NCBI GenBank assembly: GCA_035518715.1
Contig: DATIXJ010000043.1
Coordinates: 88,386-152,385 of the forward strand
Reading direction: 5' to 3'
Source: Bacteroidota bacterium
Lineage (GTDB): Bacteria > Bacteroidota > Ignavibacteria > UBA10030 > SZUA-254
DNA: 64,000 bases
Below, one piece after another: positions 58,754 through 64,000 of the stretch. Under the pieces are notes generated by a model. That model had not been told where the DNA came from. It did not search any database and worked only from the letters and a program-made list of their open reading frames with translations. How positions within the stretch are numbered: position 1 is the stretch's first letter; each line of letters begins with the position of its first letter. Made by a program: the position numbers and the translations under genes.

Positions 58754-60160
58754 CTACTTCCCAATACAGAAACTCGAAAAAATGTGGTTGAGTATATCGT
58801 CGCTGGTGACCTTTCCGACAATCATCTCTAACTCATTCACTGCCGCCCTAATATCTGATGATATGAGCTCGTTTCCAGCCCGATTCTCAAGCGAGCTTAG
58901 CGAGGATAGAATTGCTGCTCGAGCCATTCTGAGACACTGGACGTGCCTATGGCTGGTAACCATGACACCCTCACCACTTTCACTTCGGTTCTGGAGCCCG
59001 ACAAGACGACCCAGGCAGTCGCGAAGCTCTTTAACCCCAAACCCAGTCTCAGCAGAAACACAGATTTCTGTCACCCCAGGCATTGGCAGGGGAACTCCTG
59101 TCTTTTGAAATCCCACTAAATCAAACTTATTGAATACCTCGATGACTTTCTTATCACCGCATTGCAACTCCTGAATCTCTCTGGCAAAAACTTCTTCATC
59201 AATCCGCGTAGAGTCGCGTACAAAAAGAATAAGATCGGCTTTCTCAATCTCGGAATACGTACGTCTGATTCCTTCCGTCTCAACTATGTCTGCAGTTGTA
59301 CGGATCCCGGCAGTATCAACCAATCTGAAGAGTACTCCGCCAATTGTGATACTCTCTTCGATGGAGTCCCGCGTGGTGCCAGCGATTGGAGTTACTATGG
59401 ACCTATCAAAATCAATTAAACTATTGAAAATACTAGATTTGCCTACGTTTGGTTCTCCTACTATGACGACGCTTACTCCTTCTCTCGAAAGTCGTCCTGT
59501 TGCATACGAATTGAGCATCAGATCGATTTGCGAGGAGACATTATTCAAACTCTCGGCGACTTTCGCCTGAGGAACAAGACTTAACCCTTCTTCGGCAAAA
59601 TCCAATTCGAGCTCGAGCAAGCTGCAGATGCTAAGAAGTTTCTCCCTCAGCTCATCGACTTTGTGTGACAGGCGTCCGTGGAGCTGGGAGAGTGATTGCC
59701 TCCGTGCAGATTCCGATTGCGCATGGATGAGGTCGGCAACAGCTTCTGCCTGCGAAAGATCCATCCTGCCATTTAAGAACGCGCGCTTGGTGAACTCGCC
59801 GGGTTCGGCCTGGCGTGCGCCTGCATCGATGAGCGTCTCAACGATGCGCCTCGCGACATACAATCCGCCGTGGCAGCTGATCTCAACCGTATCTTCGCCG
59901 GTATACGAATGCGGGGAACGAAATGCGGTTGCAATCACATCATCGATTTTTTCCCCCAGCCGGTTTACAAACTCACCAAAATGCGCGGTGTGAGATTGTA
60001 CCCCGGAAAGGGGTTTTTTCCCCCGAAAACACAAATCCGCAATGCGAAAGGACTTCTCTCCGCTCAAACGAATGACGGCAATTCCGCCTTCACCGGGAGG
60101 AGTAGCTATAGCAGTGATAACGTCGTCGAGATGATGCATGATGCACGGGAAGTGTGACAA
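58754..60160 (-). CDS. mnmE: tRNA modification GTPase MnmE (TrmE)
   Basis: G-domain VVIVGEPNVGKSSIFNSL...DTAGIR..., and the C-terminal ...CIGK motif. Confidence 0.95.
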   Translation of the reverse strand: MSHFPCIMHHLDDVITAIATPPGEGGIAVIRLSGEKSFRIADLCFRGKKPLSGVQSHTAHFGEFVNRLGEKIDDVIATAFRSPHSYTGEDTVEISCHGGLYVARRIVETLIDAGARQAEPGEFTKRAFLNGRMDLSQAEAVADLIHAQSESARRQSLSQLHGRLSHKVDELREKLLSICSLLELELDFAEEGLSLVPQAKVAESLNNVSSQIDLMLNSYATGRLSREGVSVVIVGEPNVGKSSIFNSLIDFDRSIVTPIAGTTRDSIEESITIGGVLFRLVDTAGIRTTADIVETEGIRRTYSEIEKADLILFVRDSTRIDEEVFAREIQELQCGDKKVIEVFNKFDLVGFQKTGVPLPMPGVTEICVSAETGFGVKELRDCLGRLVGLQNRSESGEGVMVTSHRHVQCLRMARAAILSSLSSLENRAGNELISSDIRAAVNELEMIVGKVTSDDILNHIFSSFCIGK

Positions 60161-60182
60161 ATAATTTATGAAAGGGAGGAGA

Positions 60183-60213
60183 GAAAAACAAAGCCCCGCA
60201 TTTCGTGCGGGGC
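60183..60213 (-). terminator. Rho-independent terminator after yidC
   Basis: On the minus strand, stem GCCCCGCA / TGCGGGGC around a 5-nt loop, followed by a T-rich tract (TTTGTTTTTTCTC). Confidence 0.7.
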
Positions 60214-60247
60214 CTGGGAGAAAAAGATTATGCTCTTGCGAACGACG

Positions 60248-62038
60248 TCAGCGTTTCGTCTGTGTCTTCGGAAGATTGCGGGCAATTTTCGAAATGAATC
60301 CTCCCCCGGACTTGCCCGGCTCCACTTTGCGCAGCGGTTCGTTCTTGTGCTGCTTATTTATCCACATCTGCTGCCCGATGGAAAAGAAATTGAAGACGAA
60401 GTAATAGAGATTTAAACCGGCCGGAAAATTGTTGAACATCAGCGTCATAAGAATCGGCATGATATACACCATCGCCTGCTGGCGCGGATCCTTCACCGAC
60501 ATCTTCTGCTGCACGAACATGGTAATCCCCATCGCGAGCGCAAGGCCACTCACCTCGTTCACGCCGAAGAGTGGAAGCCGGAACGGCAAAGTCACGAGCA
60601 CGTCGGGTATGGAGAGATCTTTAATCCACAAAACGAATGACGCCTGGCGCAATTCTATCGTGGAGCTGAAGACGGCCCAAAGGGCATAGAGAATCGGCAG
60701 CTGCAGGAGCATCGGGAGGCAGCCGCCGGCAGGATTCACTCCATACTCCTTATACAGACGCATCACCTGCTGGTTCATTTTCTGCGGATCGTCTTTGTAC
60801 TTCTCCTTGATCTCGTTCATCATCGGCTGAAGCGCCTGCATTCTCTGCATCGAGCGCATGCTCTTCTTCGTCAGCGGATGAAGCGCCACTTTGATAATGA
60901 ATGAAAAGAGTATCAGCACAATCCCGTAGTTCGGTACGAAATAGTGAAGGAACTTGAAGAGGGGAATGATGACATACTCGGAGATGGGCCTGATAATCCA
61001 CGCTGCTCCCAGGCTCATGATTTTTTCGAGGTCGACATTATAATGGCGGACCACATCAAAATCCAACGGACCCAGAAATACTGTAAACCGGTCTTCTTCG
61101 ACGGAGTTTCCGGTATACGGCATTTTCAGCGAAATGCTGTAATCTTCCTTTGCTCCCTGATCCGGAAGCGGTCTGCGGATTCCCTCCAGATATGCTCCCT
61201 GACTTTCCTTCTCACGCGGGATGATCGCAAGCGCGAAATATTTGTTCCGCATTGCCACCCACGTGACACGGCCGGAGAGTGACTGCTTGACGGTTTCTCC
61301 AAGCTTCGTCGCGTCGACATCCGTGATCTCCCCGCCTGCATAGCCCGACGCTTTCGCAAAATTCGATTCATTGATGGTGTTGTTCTCGACATACCGGAGT
61401 CCAGACTCCCACGCAACCTGGTATTCAAAATTCGAGATGATGGATTCCATATGCTCGAACCGATAAACCGCGTCGAATGAATAGGTGCCGCCGTAAAATA
61501 CCAGCGACTTGACGATGCGGCTCTGGTCATTGACCGGGAGAACGAAATCAATCCTCAGCGAATCGTTGGGCCCTACAGTGTATGCTTTCCCGGCCGGGAT
61601 GGTCGTTGTAAAATAAAGTCCCTTCGTATCAACCAGCTTGCCGTCGGAAGTGAAGAACTGAAGGTTGAAATCCCCCTTGGAATCAGTGTTGACGAGGTTT
61701 ACCGGGTACTGGTCCCATGTTTTATACCCTTTCACGATCCACGATTGGATTCGCCCGCCAAGCGTGGAGAGCTCGCACCGGTATCGGTCCGTCTCGACAA
61801 CGATGGTTTTCTTTTCGCCGACAGCGAGGGGAGAAAAGAACTTTCCCAGTGTGTCTGCGGAACCTGCCTGCACGGGTTTCGGAAGCTGTGCCAATGTGTC
61901 CCGTACCGCGGGCTTGGCGGCGGCCGCTGATGTATCCTGCTGTGCAGCCGGCGGCTGAGGCGGAGGTGCATTCCAGTACATCCAGACCATCAGCACCAGA
62001 CCAATGAGGAGGAAACCAATTATTGACTTGCGATCCAT
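60248..62038 (-). CDS. yidC: Membrane protein insertase YidC
   Basis: N-terminal TM segment, a large periplasmic domain, and a conserved C-terminal 5-TM core (...MQALQPMMNEIKEKYKDDPQKMNQ...). 596 aa. Confidence 0.95.
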   Translation of the reverse strand: MDRKSIIGFLLIGLVLMVWMYWNAPPPQPPAAQQDTSAAAAKPAVRDTLAQLPKPVQAGSADTLGKFFSPLAVGEKKTIVVETDRYRCELSTLGGRIQSWIVKGYKTWDQYPVNLVNTDSKGDFNLQFFTSDGKLVDTKGLYFTTTIPAGKAYTVGPNDSLRIDFVLPVNDQSRIVKSLVFYGGTYSFDAVYRFEHMESIISNFEYQVAWESGLRYVENNTINESNFAKASGYAGGEITDVDATKLGETVKQSLSGRVTWVAMRNKYFALAIIPREKESQGAYLEGIRRPLPDQGAKEDYSISLKMPYTGNSVEEDRFTVFLGPLDFDVVRHYNVDLEKIMSLGAAWIIRPISEYVIIPLFKFLHYFVPNYGIVLILFSFIIKVALHPLTKKSMRSMQRMQALQPMMNEIKEKYKDDPQKMNQQVMRLYKEYGVNPAGGCLPMLLQLPILYALWAVFSSTIELRQASFVLWIKDLSIPDVLVTLPFRLPLFGVNEVSGLALAMGITMFVQQKMSVKDPRQQAMVYIMPILMTLMFNNFPAGLNLYYFVFNFFSIGQQMWINKQHKNEPLRKVEPGKSGGGFISKIARNLPKTQTKR

Positions 62039-62071
62039 GATATTTTTTTTCTTTCTGCGAAGTGTGAACGT

Positions 62072-62284
62072 TCAGGGAACGGGATCATATCCGCCCGGAT
62101 GGAACGGGTGGCATCGGAAGAGCCGCCGGAGCGACAGCCACGAACCCTTCAGGGCTCCGTAGTGTTCAATGGCCTCGACAGCGTACACCGAGCAGGATGG
62201 ATAGAATCGGCATCTCTCTTGCGGCAACATCGGCGAGATGACCGCCTGATACATACGGACCATAGCAATGAGGACGTGCTTCAT
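62072..62284 (-). CDS. yidD: Membrane protein insertion efficiency factor YidD
   Basis: 70 aa. [56 protein letters not shown] is near-canonical YidD. Confidence 0.95.
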   Translation of the reverse strand: MKHVLIAMVRMYQAVISPMLPQERCRFYPSCSVYAVEAIEHYGALKGSWLSLRRLFRCHPFHPGGYDPVP

Positions 62285-62682
62285 TCGCTCTTTTCCTTCA
62301 TGACCTTGCCCAGGAGTGAGCGTACATCTTTTTCAATTTCACGGAAGAGGGGAATAGGAGGATCCTTGCGCCGTGGGAAATACGCAAAGATGAGGGTGCC
62401 GGGAGGATTCTTCCCGCCTGCAGTTGCAATAAGCATGTGCTTGTTCAGACGATAGGCCTCACGGATACGGCGCTTCACGAGATTCCGGTCAACGGCTCTT
62501 CGGACCGTACGGGAGACGACAACGCCGAATACGGGGTGCGCCAAAACGGGAGGGGATGAGAGAGCGTCGGAGAGAATGAGACACCGGAGGATACTTCCTT
62601 CAATTCTTTTCCCTTCATCAAAGATCTTCCGGAAATTTTTCCGCCCCCGCAAGACCTCCGATTTTTTCAGAGTATATCGCAC
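62281..62682 (-). CDS. rnpA: Ribonuclease P protein component
   Basis: At 133 aa, with a basic ...[13 protein letters not shown]... segment, it sits in the conserved rpmH-rnpA-yidD-yidC order. Confidence 0.85.
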   Translation of the reverse strand: MRYTLKKSEVLRGRKNFRKIFDEGKRIEGSILRCLILSDALSSPPVLAHPVFGVVVSRTVRRAVDRNLVKRRIREAYRLNKHMLIATAGGKNPPGTLIFAYFPRRKDPPIPLFREIEKDVRSLLGKVMKEKSE

Positions 62683-62695
62683 ACGTGAACAACAC

Positions 62696-62842
62696 CTAGC
62701 GCTCGTCGCTGACGGTTAAACGCCGTCTCCCTTTTGCGCGCCGACGCGCAAGTACTCTTCGACCGTCTTTCGATTTCATGCGGGTCCGAAAGCCATGAAT
62801 GTTCTTCCGCTTCCTCTTACTTGGCTGAAACGTCCTCTTCAT
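62696..62842 (-). CDS. rpmH: 50S ribosomal protein L34
   Basis: [48 protein letters not shown], 48 aa. The track's 113-aa ORF over-extends it at the N-terminus. Confidence 0.9.
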   Translation of the reverse strand: MKRTFQPSKRKRKNIHGFRTRMKSKDGRRVLARRRAKGRRRLTVSDER

Positions 62843-63037
62843 CGAAAATTCCTCTGATTTGTTCCGCTGGTGAGATGTAAAAAAAAGGATTGTCTCGTCC
62901 ACAATCCTTTCGCTCTTTAGAGAGCAGGAGGCAATATAATCATTGGGGTGAATAAATACAAACACACAAACTTGTGCAGAATTCTCTTGCCAACGCATAC
63001 GAAAGTTCGTATACTGTGGAACAGGATTCATCAACAA

Positions 63038-63313
63038 GAACGTGTGAATAAAATGTGGACAACCTTTCCCGGTCCCATTTTTTCCTGAAATTCAAACCGG
63101 AATTGCAAACGGCAGGTTCAAGCAATTTGTTAATAAGTTCCCATTGCGGTTAATGTAATAAGCTTCTTGGGAGCTTGAAATTTCCGGCACTTGGAGGCAT
63201 TCAGTTCATTCGTATATCACATTTTACCACGTCGGGTTCTTGTTGTGCACTAATCTGTGCACAACATGTGGAAAACGTTTTAAGTCTTTGTTTTACAGCT
63301 ACTAAGGAACAAT
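63038..63313. other. Putative chromosomal replication origin (oriC) between rpmH and dnaA
   Basis: A ~270 bp non-coding region with several DnaA-box-like 9-mers at 7-8 of 9 matches to TGTGGATAA / TTATCCACA (TGTGGACAA ~63054, TGTGAATAA ~63033, TGTGGAAAA ~63267, TGTGGAACA ~63015, tcgTCCACA ~62895). AT-rich stretches and a TTGTGCAC...CTGTGCACAA repeat are also present. Confidence 0.55.
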
Positions 63314-64000
63314 ATGGAACTCGGAGAAAGTCCTCTTCCAGACAATCCACTCTCTGATCAGTCATCAATATCAAACTCCCAGATTTCCGACCCCGCCGCC
63401 ATCTGGAATCAGTGTCTCGAACATATCCGGACGAGGATTAACGCGCAGAGTTACAAGACGTGGTTCGAGCCGATCAATCCGCTCTCGCTGGATGACCAGA
63501 CCTTTGTTATTCAGGTTCCGAGTGAGTTCTTTTCGGAATGGATCGAAGAACACTACTATTCCCTGATCACCGAATGTCTCGCGCGTCTTACCGGCCGAGA
63601 ATTAAGCATTGAGTACGATATCATACCGGATGACCGGGAAGATCCCACGATCCACATCCTCCCGGATCCACCCCAGCACCGGCCGCAGGATCAGCAGATC
63701 ATCAATGCCTCCGCGATATCGAGCGAGCTTCCGCGTTCCTCTCTCTACTCTCCACAGCCGGTCATTAACCCTTCTCTGAATGCGCGGTATACGTTTGATA
63801 ATTACATCAAGGGGGAGAGCAATCAGTTTGCCCGCGCTGCGGCAATGGCGGTTGCAAATAATCCGGGAGGAACTTCGTTCAATCCCCTTGTGATCTACGG
63901 AGGTGTCGGGCTCGGCAAGACGCATCTCGTCCACGCCATCGGCAATCATCTCCTTCATACACACAAGACCAAGCGCGTTCTCTATACCTCGAGCGAGAAG
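63314..64000 (+). CDS. dnaA: Chromosomal replication initiator protein DnaA (N-terminal ~229 codons; continues past the window edge)
   Basis: MELGESPLPDN...WNQCLEHIRTRINAQSYKTWFEPINPL...YTFDNYIKGESNQFARAAAMAVANNPGGTSFNPLVIYGGVGLGKTHLVHAIGN — DnaA domain I followed by the AAA+ Walker A. Absent from the ORF track because it has no stop in the window. Confidence 0.9.
   Translation, partial: MELGESPLPDNPLSDQSSISNSQISDPAAIWNQCLEHIRTRINAQSYKTWFEPINPLSLDDQTFVIQVPSEFFSEWIEEHYYSLITECLARLTGRELSIEYDIIPDDREDPTIHILPDPPQHRPQDQQIINASAISSELPRSSLYSPQPVINPSLNARYTFDNYIKGESNQFARAAAMAVANNPGGTSFNPLVIYGGVGLGKTHLVHAIGNHLLHTHKTKRVLYTSSEK

Noticed and set aside
62843-63037. Upstream extension of the rpmH ORF to 113 aa
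   Set aside because: L34 is ~45-50 aa in all bacteria and the canonical MKRTFQPS start is internal. The extension overlaps the putative oriC.
1-64000. Search for tRNA/rRNA genes, CRISPR arrays, IS elements/transposases, integrases and phage or defense modules
   Set aside because: No T-loop-like GTTCGAnTC motifs in intergenic DNA, no spaced direct-repeat arrays, no transposase or integrase-like ORFs, and no GC or composition discontinuity suggesting an island. The window looks like core chromosome near the origin.

Overview
This 64 kb window is chromosomal DNA from an FCB-group bacterium (Bacteroidota/Ignavibacteria-like). Type IX secretion (T9SS) C-terminal sorting domains ending in '...KMVLLK' on two large BNR/Asp-box proteins support that placement. 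The window is gene-dense with short overlaps between genes and ends at the chromosomal origin. There, rsmG-mnmG-mnmE-yidC-yidD-rnpA-rpmH on the minus strand faces a truncated dnaA on the plus strand, separated by a ~270 bp region with DnaA-box-like motifs that I call putative oriC.

Most of the content is housekeeping:
- An oxidative-damage DNA repair operon (Nudix/MutT-like, MutY and Ogg2-type glycosylase, translationally coupled) sits divergent from thyX, with a family-4 uracil-DNA glycosylase further on.
- A YajQ protein and an AMIN-domain N-acetylmuramoyl-L-alanine amidase.
- A DtxR/MntR-type repressor and an Nramp MntH manganese transporter in one operon, with a palindromic operator at the mntR 5' end.
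- Both a GTP-type and an ATP-type PEP carboxykinase within 10 kb, the ATP type coupled to an aspartate aminotransferase.
- Amino-acid catabolism enzymes: threonine dehydratase-like, a Cys/Met-metabolism PLP enzyme, HutH and adenosine deaminase.
- A rhodanese / 70-aa unknown / MBL-rhodanese sulfur operon.
- Cell-envelope genes: TPR proteins, an M23 EnvC-like peptidase, a DUF4292-like lipoprotein and a YbgF-like protein.
- A TonB-dependent receptor, a bacilliredoxin, TypA/BipA, MurQ and an UPF0173 MBL hydrolase.

No tRNA or rRNA genes, CRISPR arrays, transposases or recognisable phage or defense modules were found. The most unusual items are:
1. An orphan, degraded T9SS C-terminal-domain remnant downstream of a lipoprotein gene, nearly identical at DNA level to the sorting domain of the adjacent sialidase-like gene.
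2. A receiver-histidine-kinase fusion with no phospho-acceptor histidine.
3. An MBL-rhodanese fusion whose metal motif reads H-x-Q-x-D-H instead of H-x-H-x-D-H.
4. A conserved ~140-aa module shared by the two T9SS BNR proteins just upstream of their sorting domains.
5. A ~380 bp non-coding gap upstream of the bacilliredoxin gene.

All functional calls come from motif and family recognition by eye; no database search was run. Coordinates for non-ORF elements are within about ±2 nt.
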